64,000 bases of DNA from Hyaloraphidium curvatum SAG 235-1 (taxonomy: Eukaryota > Fungi > Monoblepharomycota): NCBI GenBank assembly GCA_025558095.1, contig JAIVFI010000009.1:310001-374000 (forward strand), read 5' to 3'. Below the pieces are notes generated by a model. It was not told where the DNA came from. It saw only the letters and a list, made by a program, of their open reading frames with translations, and made no database searches. Each line of letters begins with the position of its first letter. Positions within the stretch are counted from its first letter, which is position 1. This document shows positions 37,013 to 49,824 of the stretch, piece by piece. The position numbers and the translations under genes are program-made.

Positions 37013-38920
37013 ATGGCCACGCCGCCTCATCTCCTCGGTCCCGTCGAGCCCGACGTCAAATCCAACGTGAACGATCCCTACTCGTATCTCACCGGATTCG
37101 GCAACAACCACGAGTCTGAAGCCGTGAAGGGCGCGCTCCCCGTGGGTAGGAACAATCCGCAAATCTCCCCGTACCGGCTCTACGCGGAAAGGTGAGCCAG
37201 TCTCCAGGAGAGGTAGGAAAACCTTCTGACTCTCTGTTGTGTAGCATCTCCGGCACGCCGTTCACGGTACCCCGTTCTACGAACCAGAACCAAAAGGTCT
37301 GGCTCTACCGCCTCCGACCGTCGACGTCGCAAGGAGCTTTCCGGCCCTATGACAAGCCTGGCGGTCCCATTCTGAGCACGGATTTCCAGCCCCGCCCTAA
37401 CGCGATGACGTGGAGCCCGTTCCCGATCCCCACCGCGCCGGTGGACTTCGTGGACGGCCTGCGCACGATCGCCGGGTCCGGCGATCCCGTCAGCCGCACC
37501 GGGCTCGCGATCCATGTCTACCTCTGCAACCGCTCGATGAAGGACCGGGCGTTCTATTCCGCGGACGGGAACATGCTCATCCTGCCCCAACAAGGGACGC
37601 TGGTGGTCCAGACCGAGCACGGGATGATGAGCGTGGCCGTCAACGAGTTCTGCGTCGTGCAGCGCGGGATCAAGTTCCGTGTCATGCTGGAGAAGGAGGG
37701 GCCTGCGAGGGGCTTTGTCTTCGAGTGCTACGGAGCTCACTACTCATTGCCTGATCTTGGGGTACGCTTGGTCGGGCGACCACAATTGACCTTTCGCTCA
37801 CTTTGAGTTCACAGCCGCTGGGAGCCAACGGCATGGCCAACGCGCAGGATTTCCAACATCCCACAGCACATTTTGAGGACGATCGACGGCCCTGGGAGCT
37901 GCTTTGCAAGTTTGCAGGAAAGGTTTGTGAACCGTGCAGTCAAGTGCGGTCTGTGGTGCTCATTCTTGAGGAATTGCTCGCCTTGCTCCGCTTTTGACAG
38001 ATGCACACCGCCCAGCTCGAGCACAGCCCCTTCGACGTTGTCGCATGGCGCGGAAACTACGCTCCCTATAAGTTTGACTTCGTTCGGTTCCACTGCATGG
38101 GCTCCGTCACCTACGACCACCCCGATCCGAGCATTTTCACGGTCTTAACGGTCCCCACGCCCGTGCCGGGCGTTGCACTCATCGACTTCTGCACGATCAT
38201 TCCTCCGCGGTGGAACGTCATGACAGGTGCGTCTAGTGACGGCGCTGGTCCCCCACGCTACACACCGTAATCACTCCTGCTGCCCCCAGGGCTTCGTATT
38301 CCCTACGTGAGTCCGCTTGCGTGGACCAGCGCGCCGTTCGAGTTTTGAGCACGTTATCTGACATCCTTCCCCACATTGTAGTACCACAGGAACACCATGA
38401 CCGAGTTTGCTGCCAGCATCTTCGCTCCCATCCCTCAGGCAGTGTTGGACAACCCTCCACCCTCGGCTAAAGATGGACTGTGGCCAGGAGGTGCGTCGAA
38501 CTGTTGCCTGTCTGGGTTGGGTCTCGCTCAAACTTGATTGCTGCCGAATACGCATGATTTGCTGCCGAATCTGCATAGGCGCTCTTTTGAATTCGGTAAT
38601 GACACCTCACGGTGCCGACGCCAAGACGATCGAGGCGGAGATGGCAAAGGAGTACAAGCCGGAGCGGGAGGCGGATGGTGCCCTGGCAGTGCTGCTCGAG
38701 ACGAACCTTCTCGTGGTGAGTGATGATCACCGCTCGCACGCCAGCGGTGGGCAGAAATCTCACATTCCGGCAGGGCGTGACGGAGTGGAGCCTTCAGTAC
38801 ACGAACCTGGACCGCTCCGATCGGTCCGGCAAGGGTTACAGGGTGCTCTTCGACCCTACGTTCACCAAGGGCGGCTCCGAGGCGGGCAAGGGCGGATCGA
38901 AGCCCGGACCGAAGATCTGA
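37013..38920 (+). CDS. hmgA: homogentisate 1,2-dioxygenase
   Basis: [83 protein letters not shown]. Confidence 0.95.
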
Positions 38921-39185
38921 TGTGTTGCTGCCGCTATCTCGATTGTTTGAAAGATAGATCGTTCGTCTTTGCGAAGGTGAAACAAGGTTCGGCATTGATC
39001 GCCAGTCCAGTTCCCTAGGTTTCCGTGTGAATTCACGGTGAGGAGTCTGTACGATTGCTCACGTTCATCAAACGACTTCGTGCTGCAAGTGGGGACGCCT
39101 CGAGGCGGACGATGGAAGCCGGCGGTGATGCCTTGGGGAGCGGACAAACAAACACAAACAGGCCCCGAAACTGCTCGCTTCCGCA

Positions 39186-41888
39186 ATGGACGACGATGGG
39201 GGCATGCTGCTCAACTTTGCCCCGGTGTCAAATGGCGGCACTGGTCGGCCTGGAGTACCTGGAGGCCGTCCTGCAAAGAGGAAGGCCGTGCACGACGTCG
39301 CTTCCCACCTGAAGGGCTCTTGGAAGCGCAGGAGGATTGCGGCGCGCAAGATCGTCTCTCTGGACAAGAAAAAGACGAAAGCTGCCTTGGAGGAGCAGCA
39401 GAGCACTCCGGCCGGGACATCTGGCGCCGAAGCGCGTTTGGAGGCGGCAGCGACCTCTCGGCGACAGCAGGCCTTTTCACCGGAACGGACCGAGGACGGA
39501 AGCGCGGAACGTGGCGTGCAGAACGGTCGGGCACCGAAGAAAGGCTCTTGGGGAGGGACTGCGACCGAAGGTGGACAGCGAAGCGGGCCGATTTCGCCTC
39601 CGGGAGAAGCGAAGGCGGCTCCCCGGCAGTGGGTCACCTCCCTGTTCTCGGCCAACCCTACCGTGGAGCTGCCACCCGCTGCTGAAAAATCGTTCGAAGA
39701 CGTAAAGGAGGCGTCTCCGGAGCCCGTTTTTGACAGCAGCACCTTTTCGGGGCTGGGGATGGACCGTTTCTTGGCCACGCACCTGGCGGGCCAACTGCAC
39801 ATGAAGCGCCCGACTTCGATACAGGCGGCTTCCATCCCACACCTCATCGGCGCGCGAAAGTCATCGGACGCCATCATTCAGGCCCAGACGGGCTCGGGCA
39901 AGACCCTTACGTACCTCCTTCCGATCCTTAACTGCCTGCTGAGCATCGACGACCGCGGGGCATCGCGGCGGAGCGGATGCTTTGCCATCATTCTCGCACC
40001 GACACGCGAGCTTGCGAGGCAGATTTACGGGGTCTTGGAGTCGCTGCTCAACTTTTCGAGCAAATCTACCCGCAAGGACGGCGATTCGGACGGTTCCGAC
40101 AGCGACTCGGACGAGGACTCGTCCGATTCCGACGAGGACGTACCGACGGAAAGGAGACCCCGTTGGATCGTGCCAGGCCTCGTAGTGGGCGGCGACAGCA
40201 AGAAGTCGGAAAAGGCCCGCATCAGGAAGGGTATCAACATCCTGGTGTCGACACCCGGCCGGCTCCTGGACCATCTGCAGAACACGAAGGCACTCAATGT
40301 GTCGAAGGTGCGCTGGCTAGTTTTGGACGAGGCGGACCGGCTCATGGATCTCGGGTTCGAGGAGACGATCAAGGAGATCCTCGGTTGCCTGAAGCGGGAA
40401 GGGAGGGCCTGCAACTTTACGGAGAGCTGGCAAGAGGTCATGCCGGAGCGCAGGGTCACCTGGCTTTGTTCTGCCACCATGAAGGACCACGGCGGAATGG
40501 AGAGGCTGCAGAACATGTCGGTGGAGAACCCTCTTGTCGTAGTGGACAAGTCCATCGGCGAGGCGGACGGTGACGATCGCTCGGGCGACTCCGAATCGTC
40601 GTCCGAGGACGGCTCGAGTGGGAAAGCTGCCGCGGCGGATCTGGCAGCGACCGAGGAGGAGCTGCAGCATTCGAGGATCTCCGTTCCGAACCAACTACGC
40701 CAAACGTACCTCGTGGTTCCGGCCAAGCAACGCTTGGTCGTCCTCATCTCGCTGCTCAAGACCGAGGCGGCTGGTTCCGGTGCCAAGGTCATCGTTTTTG
40801 TTTCGTGCCAGGACAGCGTGGACTTTCTCTTTGATCTCTTCGGAAAGCTGAAACCGGAAAGCAGCAAGGGAGCTTCAACAGACCAGGAGACCAGAGGGAA
40901 GAAGGCCAAGGCATTGGATCATGCTGCGGACGCGCCGGATTTGCTTGGCTTGGCTGCCGAAGAACCTGCTGTTGGCGTTGGGAAAGGGAAAGGTCAGAAG
41001 GACAAAGACCCCATCTCCGTTGACGCGGAGTTGTTCTCCGGAACCCCGGTGTTCAGGCTGCACGGCAATATGCCACAGCATTTGCGGACACAGACGTTCC
41101 AGCAGTTTACGCGGTGCGAGCGCGGCATCCTTCTCTGCACGGACGTGGCGGCCCGGGGCTTGGACCTTCCGAACGTGTCGGCAATCGTGCAGTACGATCC
41201 GCCCAGCGACTTCAAGGACTACGTGCATCGAGCGGGCAGGACGGCGCGACTCGGCAAGGCCGGCAGGGCCGTCATCCTGCTGCTGCCCAGCGAGATCGAG
41301 TACGTAGATCTGCTTTCGAAGGAGGGGTTCAGTCTGCACGGAGAAAAGACGGATCTGGTCCTGGAGAACCTGGCCAAGGCAGGCCGGACCGGAGCGGCAA
41401 AGTGGAAGAAGGTGGCACGGGAGGAGATGGAGAGAAAAGCGACGGATCTTCAGATGAGTGCAGAGAGATGGGTACTGTCCGATCCCAAGGTTGGTCGGCT
41501 TTGTGCATCGTTGCGCCACCGCATCCGGTGATCTGTTCCCCCGCAGAACACGGACCTAGCCCGTCGCGCCTTCACATCTCATGTGCGGGCGTATGCGACG
41601 CACAGCGCCTCGGAGAAGCACATCTTCCATCTCCGGAAGCTGCACTTGGGTCATTTGGCCAAGAGTTTCGGCCTCCGGGACGCCCCGTCCGTCGCAGGCT
41701 CCGTGCCCGGTGTCGGGAAAGGTTCCGGAAAGAAAGACGGGCACGCCAAGGCGAAAGCTGCCGCCATGCATCGTGGGGCCGAGGGGCAGCAGAAGAGGAG
41801 GCAGCAGATGAACCTTGAGTTCGGGGATGGAGGCATCGCCTCTGGCAAACTGTCGCGGGGCCCGACTGTGAAGAAGAAGCGGAGATAG
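39186..41888 (+). CDS. DBP7: DEAD-box RNA helicase Dbp7/DDX31
   Basis: [76 protein letters not shown]. Confidence 0.95.
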
Positions 41889-41891
41889 GAT

Positions 41892-44465
41892 TCACGAATA
41901 CACCAGAACGACATTGATGGCAACAGCAATTGTCAGAACAAGCACCAGCATTGTAGGCCCGACGCGTTCATCGTACGGTCCGGGTTCCTTCCGCCTCAAC
42001 CGGCCGGCCCGTGTGATGAAGATGAGAAGAGCGTAGACCATGGTCAGCAGAGCAATGCCCGTGAAGATAAGCCCGGCAATCTGCCCGGTGTGGCTGCCGA
42101 AGTTCAAAAGTCCCATGGAGAGGCCACCAAGAGTCACGGACTGCGAGGCGGTCAGTGAGCCAGACGAACTGTGTCACCCGCCGAACACTCACGAAACCCA
42201 ACCAGCTGAGGAAGGTCCGCTCGTTGGCAAAATAAGATTTCGGCTCGACCTTCATGTTGGCTTCCGGCAGTTTGCTGTAGGGCCAACATGCGTCGAACCA
42301 CGTCCCGAGCGGGTTCTGCTGCGGCTCCGCACGAAGTGAGAAGCCGCTTCCGCGGGGCGATAGCAGAGGCGTCCGTTCGCTGCCGTTCTCCTCCGACCAC
42401 TGGCTCAACGAAGTGGGTCTCCTCCGCGTTTGCTCTCTCCGGGGCTGGAGCTGCGGGCTCATAACCGCGGCATTGGTAAGGATCGGATCAAGGCGCAGTG
42501 TTGCCGGCAGTTGATCCGGGGGCGGGGCGGGTTTCCGGATGTCCTTCGACATCTGCGGCAACCAGAAGGGCAGGAGCTGCACGTGTCCGTCCAGCAGCGT
42601 CGAAACGCCGTGGATGAATTTGGAAAACTTCGGCACTTCCTCCACCAGGTGGGAAGCAACCAAGTCGCGGATCCATTTCGGCGACTCCTGGCCAAACTGC
42701 GTCTGCAGCTTAACCTCGAGCACGGCGTACGGGAAACTGGAAAGATCGAGCTTAGCCCCAAAATGCGGCACCGCAGGAGAGAACGCACATGATGTAGTCT
42801 TCCTTCGGCAGGTACTTGAAAGGGAAGTCGGTGCCGACGTCCTGCCGTCGCCACGAGTCCCCCGCTCTGGTCCTGCCGAAATCATCCTCCCGTATCATGG
42901 TGAGCTCCGTGTCCAGGGAAATGCGCACCCTCGCGTCTCCGGGCAACTGAAACGCGGTGCGGTTGTAGAAGGTCCGGATCATTGGCCGAAGCTTCCTGCC
43001 GAGGACGGCGGCCTGGACCTCGTTGGCAATGGCCTCGTTGGACTGCAGCTCCTTCTCGTCCTTGGTGCCTTTGGTCCGCATTTTCTCGGTGTATTCCGCA
43101 TACTTGTACTTGCCGTGAATGTAGTCGTTCATCTGGAATGCGGCAAAGGTGAATCACGACGAGGAGACCCGTAGAAGCCAACAAGTCCTCACGTGAGTTT
43201 CCTTTATGGGCACCCGCTGCTTCACGCTCGGCTCTCCGGTCCAATCCTCGTGGTGGGTTTTCCGCTCGATGAACACCTCCGACGCTTTCTCCGACCTGCC
43301 GTACCACCGAAAACGGATCGCCTGCGCGCCTTCGGTCTTCTCCAAGCGACCGAGATAGAGCTCGAAAGACTCGTTGTCGAAGTAGACCGAGGAGATAGCG
43401 GGGTCGGGCTCCTGCGAGCCCTTCGCAAAGACAAGGACCGGAAGGTGCTTCAAGATGATGCACTTGACTTCCATGACGTTGTCTGGCGACGAACCATGAG
43501 GGAACACACCCTGACGACGCCAAGAGTGAACGAACCAGGGTGAATCCAGTACTTGACCGTCTTTCGGACAAAGTCCTGCTGCTTGCCACCGGCCGTGCTC
43601 AGCTCCTCGTTCCGCTTGGTACCGTGCCTCGCCGCATCGTACAGCTTGGACAGCTTGATGATCATAGGATCAAAGGGGAAGGAATAGAAAGGATGCTTCT
43701 GGATTTCGAGGTCAAAGATGGGCTTGAAGTGCCGGCCGGTGAACTTGTCGTGCTTCTTCAGCATCTGCGGCCACAGGCATGAGACGAGGACAACATACGG
43801 ACTGTCATTTCAAACCTTCTGGAAGCCCGAGTAGTTGAGGCGGTTGTACCTGCTCATCTGGTTCACCTCGTTGGAGATCTTGTCCATCTGGGAACCGACG
43901 ATCTCGCATGCGCCCTTCACACCCCGCCCACGACACAGGACCGCACCTCCTTGAGCACAGCGTCCGTTTTCCGCTTCCGCTCCTCCTCCGAAGACGTGGG
44001 GTCCGCCAGGATGCCCTCGACCTCGGCCTCGGCGTCCCCGATCCTCCTCCTCAGCTCGTCGGTCTTGAGCCTGTGGAACGCGACCACCTTCTCCAGCTCC
44101 CGCCGCATCTCCGTCTGGAACCGCGCCTCGTCCTCGTCCGTGATGGGCTTCACGGCCGGCGCGGAACCGGGGGTCGCCTCCCCTGCCGGAGCTTCGTTCG
44201 AGCTGGTCATGCTCTTCAGGAGGCGCTTTAGGCCCAGATAATCCATGTAGTAGTACTGTGCCACGAGAAATGAAAGTTTCCATAGGCCCAGATCGAAGCG
44301 TAGCGTGGGAACCGGGACCGGGAGTGAGGCAGCTTCAGGCGGCGTCGGGGACGCGTTCCCACCTTCCATTCCGCGTATTCCGCGGCCTGGACCAAGAGAC
44401 ACGTCAGAATGAACACCATCGCCCTGCTGCGCATCGCGAACCTGGAGCTCCTGGCCGAACTTCAT
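41892..44465 (-). CDS. VTC4: vacuolar transporter chaperone / polyphosphate polymerase (SPX-VTC-DUF202)
   Basis: MKFG..YMDY; KYWIHP; [38 protein letters not shown]; [21 protein letters not shown]; [10 protein letters not shown]; [15 protein letters not shown]. Confidence 0.93.
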
Positions 44466-44617
44466 GCCTGCGAGGTTGTTGCTCACACGCTGGTCAGATG
44501 TGGAGGCGCCCTGCCGATCAAAGCATCAACTTCTCTGCAGATGTACGGAGAGATTACAGCGAGAGCTTGACTAATAGCAACACCAAACAGCCCACGGGCA
44601 AAGCCACCAAGTGACAG

Positions 44618-45597
44618 CTATTGACCCTCTATCGAAAGGTCGGTCCTCAGTTTAGGGACGTCCATGTAACCGCCGAACTCCTTGGAAAAGGTGGCGGCGG
44701 GAGGCGGGTCGGCTTCGGCCGCCTTCTTGGCCTTCTTCCCCCGAGCCGGCTTTGCCGGGACCGCGAATTCGGGAGCGGCAGCCAGCGGATCGGGCGAGTC
44801 GGCCGCGGGCTCGACCACCACCTCGTGATCCTGCTCCCCAAGCGACTGGACCTCCTGTGCTTCCTCCTCTTCGTCTTCGTTGAGCGCGGCGGCCTGGAGC
44901 AGCGCCGCCATCGACCCACTCTGCGCGGGGCCTTCCTCGCCGCCCTGCGCTTCGGTGTCGTAGTAGCCGATCTCGGCGCCGCCGTAGCCCTCGGCGTAGC
45001 CGACCTCCTCCTCGGCGTACTCGGCCTCGTGGACCTCCTCCCCGCCGGGGACAAAGTCGCCCGGCCCCATGCCGTACGGGTAGACGGTCCAGCCGGCCCG
45101 GGCGTTGGTGTGGTACGTGGTCTTGCAGTGCTTGAGGAAGTTGGAGAGCGTGGTGAATCCCTGGCCGCAGCACACGCAGCGGTAGTGGTTCGAGGGGCAG
45201 ATCTCGTGCTGCCGGACCGTCAGTGCCGTCGGTGCCCGACGGCGCGCGATCTACCCACGCATTGGGCGTTGAACTTGGTCGAGAAGGTCCGGTTGCACCG
45301 CGTGCAGGTCATGCCGTCGGGGCCGAGCATGGTGTTGCGGAACCTGCAGTGGTTCTGCCCGTGCTTGACCTCCTGCTGCTCGACGATGCTGACGGTGAGC
45401 GGCGCCACCTCCTGGACGAAGTAGGCCCTGCGGTCCTCGCGGTTCTGCGGCTCGTCGATGATTGTGTGCTCGGGGCACGGCTCGGCGCCGGTGTGGCAGT
45501 TTGTCTTCATCTGGTTGCGCGGGGGCGCGAGCGGGTCGGCGACCCTGCGGGGGGCCTTTTTCGTCGGCGACGCCTTGGGTTTCGCGGCCCTGGGCAT
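44618..45597 (-). CDS. hypothetical protein with two C2H2-like zinc fingers and an acidic tail
   Basis: CTRCNRTF and CVCCGQGFTTLSNFLKHCKTTYH. Confidence 0.6.
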
Positions 45598-45928
45598 GCT
45601 TGCGGCGGCGTGCGGCGACTTCAGAGGGTAAAAGGACTCGGAATCCGGCGGGCGCTGCGGGGGGCGGCGCGGATCCGCGGTGTGAGCGAGGCGGAAACGG
45701 GACGGCCGTGCGCAGCCGGGCGGGCGCCTTGCGTGCCCGCCGCCGGCCGCCCGCCGTGGCGCACCTTGAAAGCGATCCGCGGCTCGGATTCTTCCTGCGC
45801 CGGGCGGAGGATCCACGGGACGGCGGCGGCAGAGAGCTCCCAGACAGACTTCGTCTCAACGCGCGTGATGGCGAGGACGTGCCGTCCAACCATCAAAAAC
45901 AGCGCCTCGAAATCGCCCATTCACCGCG

Positions 45929-46913
45929 ATGTCCTCCTCCGAGCCTCCATCGGCTCCCGTATCCCTGCCCCAGAAGCGCTTCTTCCGGCAGCGCGCCCAC
46001 GTCAACGTCCTCTCGGACCACTTCCTCCGCTACCCCCGCACCCCCCGCGACGGCGACTGGGCCGAGATGTACCCCGCCTTTGTCCGGGGCACCAAGCGGC
46101 CCGCAGCGGACGACGAGGAGGGCGGGAGGAAGAGGGCGAAGAGCGCGGAGGAGGGGGCGGTGGAGGTGCCGGCCGAGACGGTGGAGGTGCTGGATGTGGA
46201 CGAGGAGGAGGAGCGCGAGCGGGTCTGGAAGGCGGCGAAAAAGGTCGAATTCGCGGACATTGGGTGCGGCTACGGCGGTCTGATGAGTGGGTTTCCTTGC
46301 CATGGATCCTCTTCCTTCCGCTGAGCTTCTTTCGCAGTCGAGCTGTCGCCGCTCTTTCCCGACACGCTCATGCTCGGCATGGAGATTCGGCACAAGGTCT
46401 GCGCATACGTGGACCAGCGGATCAAGGCACTGCGCGCCAAGGCGAAGGAAGAGGGCGGGCAGGCGTACGAAAACATCGCCGTGGTGCGGGGCAACGCCAT
46501 GAAGTACATGGCCAACTTTTTCGAGAAGGGACAGGTCGGTCGCCATAGCGGCCGACGGGATGAACACAAGCTGACCATTCCATTAGCTAAAGAAGATCTT
46601 TTTCCTCTACCCGGACCCGAACTTCAAGCGCCGCACGCACAGCCGCCGCATCATCTCCCCCAACCTCCTCTCCGAGTACGCGTACCACCTCGCCGTCGGC
46701 GGCCTGCTGTACACGTGTACGGACGTGCTGGCGCTGCACGAGTGGATGGTGGACAAGCTGGGGCGGCACCCGCTGTACGAGCGGCTGAGCGAGGAGGAGG
46801 TGCAGGCGGATCCGTGCAGGGAGGCGGTGTGGGGCGGGACCGAGGAGGGGAAGAAGGTGGAGCGGAACGGCGGCGGCAAGTGGATGTCGATCTGGAGGAG
46901 GATCGAGGCGTAG
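45929..46913 (+). CDS. TRM8: tRNA (guanine-N7)-methyltransferase
   Basis: LPQKRFFRQRAHVN; FADIGCGYGGL; LGMEIR; GNAMKY; YPDPNFKRR; TEEGKKVERNGG. Confidence 0.96.
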
Positions 46914-46956
46914 TTTTCGCAGCGACAACATGCCATGACAACCGCCCAGCCCAGGG

Positions 46957-47769
46957 CTAACCTCCCAGGGCATCCCGGAACAAGACCGTTATCCGCCGGT
47001 CCCCGGCGATGCGCTCGCCCCTGAACGTCCGTTCCAGCGGTATCTCGTGCGTGTAGTCGTACCGCAGCTTCCCGACCTGCGCGTAGAAGGTCCGCGGCCG
47101 GAGCAGCACCCGCACCTCCCTTTCCGGCTCGCCCACGGGCCTGAACACGGCCACCGCCCCCGCGCCCAGGCACACGGCGCACACGATGCCTCCGCTCGCG
47201 TTGACGTTGTCCACGTGCGGGCCGATCTCCCCGTCGCCCTCGCGCAGGTCCAGCACGTGCGGGGGGAGCCACGGCGTCCGAGCGGGAAAGAGCGAGTACA
47301 CGCGGCGGAATATGGCCAGCGTGGTCGGGTCCTCTTCGTCCAGCGGGTGCCTTTTCGCGGGGTCGCAGAGGTCCGACCCGCGCCCCGAACCCCACGAGCT
47401 GATGCTGCACTCGCGGTAGTGCCTGATGACGCCGTCAAAATGGCCGTCCTCGTAGCGGCGGCCGGCGATGCGGCGGATCTTGGCCGCCGCGGCGGCAAAC
47501 AGGTGGTCGTGCTCGTCCTGCGAGACAAAGTCCGGGATGACGAGGAGGTCCGAGGCGTCGAAGGACCGGGGGGCCAAGGAGAGGTCGACGAGGTCGGCCA
47601 GGGCCGCGCGGGACGTCGAGACCAGCGGCTTGGTGAGCACGCGGGGGGTCGGAGGGGTGTCCGGGGCCGGCGAGCCGGCGGGTTGGGCGGCGCCGTACGC
47701 GACGGCGCGTCGCGGGGTTCGGGGCAACCGGGCGGCCAGCCGGGCCCGCAGCACCGCGGCCGCCGACAT
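46957..47769 (-). CDS. ALKBH7: AlkB homolog 7-like 2OG-Fe(II) dioxygenase
   Basis: YEDGHFDGVIRHYRE; HVLDL..IGPHVD; LRYDYTHEI; RRITVLFR. Confidence 0.85.
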   Translation of the reverse strand: MSAAAVLRARLAARLPRTPRRAVAYGAAQPAGSPAPDTPPTPRVLTKPLVSTSRAALADLVDLSLAPRSFDASDLLVIPDFVSQDEHDHLFAAAAAKIRRIAGRRYEDGHFDGVIRHYRECSISSWGSGRGSDLCDPAKRHPLDEEDPTTLAIFRRVYSLFPARTPWLPPHVLDLREGDGEIGPHVDNVNASGGIVCAVCLGAGAVAVFRPVGEPEREVRVLLRPRTFYAQVGKLRYDYTHEIPLERTFRGERIAGDRRITVLFRDALGG

Positions 47770-47909
47770 CTCCACCCAACAGCTTAAGCAGAGCTCAGAA
47801 AAGGTAGCTAGAGCCTGCCAGGCGCCCCAGTCGCGAGTGGTGCCGCGCGCGGGTTGAAAACCTCTCAGAAGCCAGGGAGGAGTGTACTTTTACTGTTCCA
47901 CAACTAGAA

Positions 47910-49628
47910 ATGCTTGCCAGTGCCGCGATGGACGAGACTGCCGAGGGCGACGCAGGCGACGGCTCGTACTACGAGTTTGCGGGCGACCCGGGCGAGCTCG
48001 TCACGGCGGCGTTCGGGCCGCCGGCGACCCACGCGGCCGCGCACTTCTTCAACGCGCGCGACGCCGACATCGCGTGGGGCGACGCCGGCGGCTGGGGGGC
48101 CGCAGCAGGCGCCACGTCATCGGTGCACTTCCGCGCCGGCGCGCTGCCGACTCCGCGCGCGCTGCTTTTCGACGTGGCCGGCGGCTTCGGCCGCGCGGGC
48201 AGGCACGGCGGGCTCGGCGTCACAGACGACCCGGACGCCGTCAACAGCAGCCTGCCGGCCTGGGACGGCGGCGTCGCCACGTTCGCCGCGCAGCGCATCG
48301 GCGACACCGCCTACTCGCGGCACCTGGCCGCCCTGGGCGCCCCCGGCTACGAGCCGCCGGCCCGCTCGGACTTTGCACTCGACGCCTCCGCGTCCTGGGC
48401 GGACTACGCGCGCACCTACTTCCACCCGCGCTCGCTGGTCGCCGCGCCGCTGGACCCCGCCGGGCTGTCGGCAACAGGCGCCGCCGAGATGTGGTCCGCA
48501 GCGTCCTACTCGGACTGGGCCGACGACGCCTTCGACGCCCTGCGGCGGCTGGCCGAAGAGTGCGGCCGCATGCAGGGCATCCAGGTCCTGTGCACCGCGG
48601 GCGGCTGGGGCGGCCTGGCAGCGGGATTCGCCGAGCGCGCGGCGGACGAGATCGGGCGGAACGACATCGTGGCGCTGCCGATCGACTGCGCGCCGCTGGC
48701 CGAGGTCGGCGGCCGCACCGTGCACGACTTGACTGCAGCGCAGCCTTTCCGCGCGGTCGAGGTCATCAAGACGGCGCAGATGCTGTACGAGCCGTGCTCG
48801 CTCGTTCTGCCCGTCACGCTGCCGCGCGCCCTGGCACCGCGTTCTTGGTCGCGCCACGCCTCCAAGCTGGACCTATCTCTGCCCTACCACACCGGCTTCC
48901 TGGTCGCTTCTGCGCTGGACACGATCGGCCTGCCCTGGCGCACCCCCGGACGGGGCCTGCGCGAGGCGATCGACGGGGTGCGGGCCATGCCAGGAGCGCG
49001 GATCGCCGGCCTGGCTTCCGCGTGGCCGCTCCCCCTGTACGACACCGGCGACTTTGCCGGCATCCGCCGCGGGCTGAGCGAGCTGATGGGCGTGCAGTAC
49101 GATGCCTCAGGCCGCGCCGCACCGTCGTCCTCCCCATCGACCATGCTGGACCTCCTCCGCGGGCAGCCCGGCGCCTCCGCCGCGGCATTCCTTTTTCTCC
49201 CGGGCTCCTCCTCGCCGCCCGCGGTGCACCCCGACGTCTCGCACCGCCTTGTCCTCCGCGGCCTCCCTGCCTCCCATGCCGCCGCCTCCGCAGACCTCCT
49301 CCAGGGCGCCTGGGGCGTCCCCCCCCTCTCCACGGACATCTTTTCTGCCCCCGACCCCGCCACGCAGCCCGACTCGGCGCCGGACATCTTCTCCCCCTCC
49401 ATCTCGGACCGCGGCTGGGCTTCGGGGTCGCCGCGCACCGAGCACGCGGCCTCGTTCCCGCACGCCACGAGGATTTACTCCTCCGCGTCGATCGGAGCGT
49501 GGATGCGGGGGGAGGCGGCGGCGGCGGGGAGGGAGCGGAGGGCGGCGAAGGAGGCGGACGGGGCGTGGGAGGAGGTCAGGGAGGCGTGGGATGCGGTCGC
49601 GGGCGTGTACGAGGACATGGAGGCGTGA
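47910..49628 (+). CDS. DML1: Misato/Dml1 tubulin-like protein
   Basis: ELVTAAFG..AHFFNARD; TPRALLFD; WADYARTYFHPRS; LRRLAEECGRMQGIQV..GWGG. Confidence 0.85.
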   Translation: MLASAAMDETAEGDAGDGSYYEFAGDPGELVTAAFGPPATHAAAHFFNARDADIAWGDAGGWGAAAGATSSVHFRAGALPTPRALLFDVAGGFGRAGRHGGLGVTDDPDAVNSSLPAWDGGVATFAAQRIGDTAYSRHLAALGAPGYEPPARSDFALDASASWADYARTYFHPRSLVAAPLDPAGLSATGAAEMWSAASYSDWADDAFDALRRLAEECGRMQGIQVLCTAGGWGGLAAGFAERAADEIGRNDIVALPIDCAPLAEVGGRTVHDLTAAQPFRAVEVIKTAQMLYEPCSLVLPVTLPRALAPRSWSRHASKLDLSLPYHTGFLVASALDTIGLPWRTPGRGLREAIDGVRAMPGARIAGLASAWPLPLYDTGDFAGIRRGLSELMGVQYDASGRAAPSSSPSTMLDLLRGQPGASAAAFLFLPGSSSPPAVHPDVSHRLVLRGLPASHAAASADLLQGAWGVPPLSTDIFSAPDPATQPDSAPDIFSPSISDRGWASGSPRTEHAASFPHATRIYSSASIGAWMRGEAAAAGRERRAAKEADGAWEEVREAWDAVAGVYEDMEA

Positions 49629-49824
49629 TCGATTGGGAATGCGGGGACGCAACTGGCCGTGCATCATGGATTCGGGATTACTGCATGCTATCCACGATCT
49701 GGAATGGTCGCCGTCGCCAATATTCGGTTCACGAGCATTTGACGTCAGATGTGGCGAAGCTCGAGGCTCGGGACCACGAATCCTGAAGGTGACTCGCCAT
49801 CCTCATCCCAAATCCAACAATGCC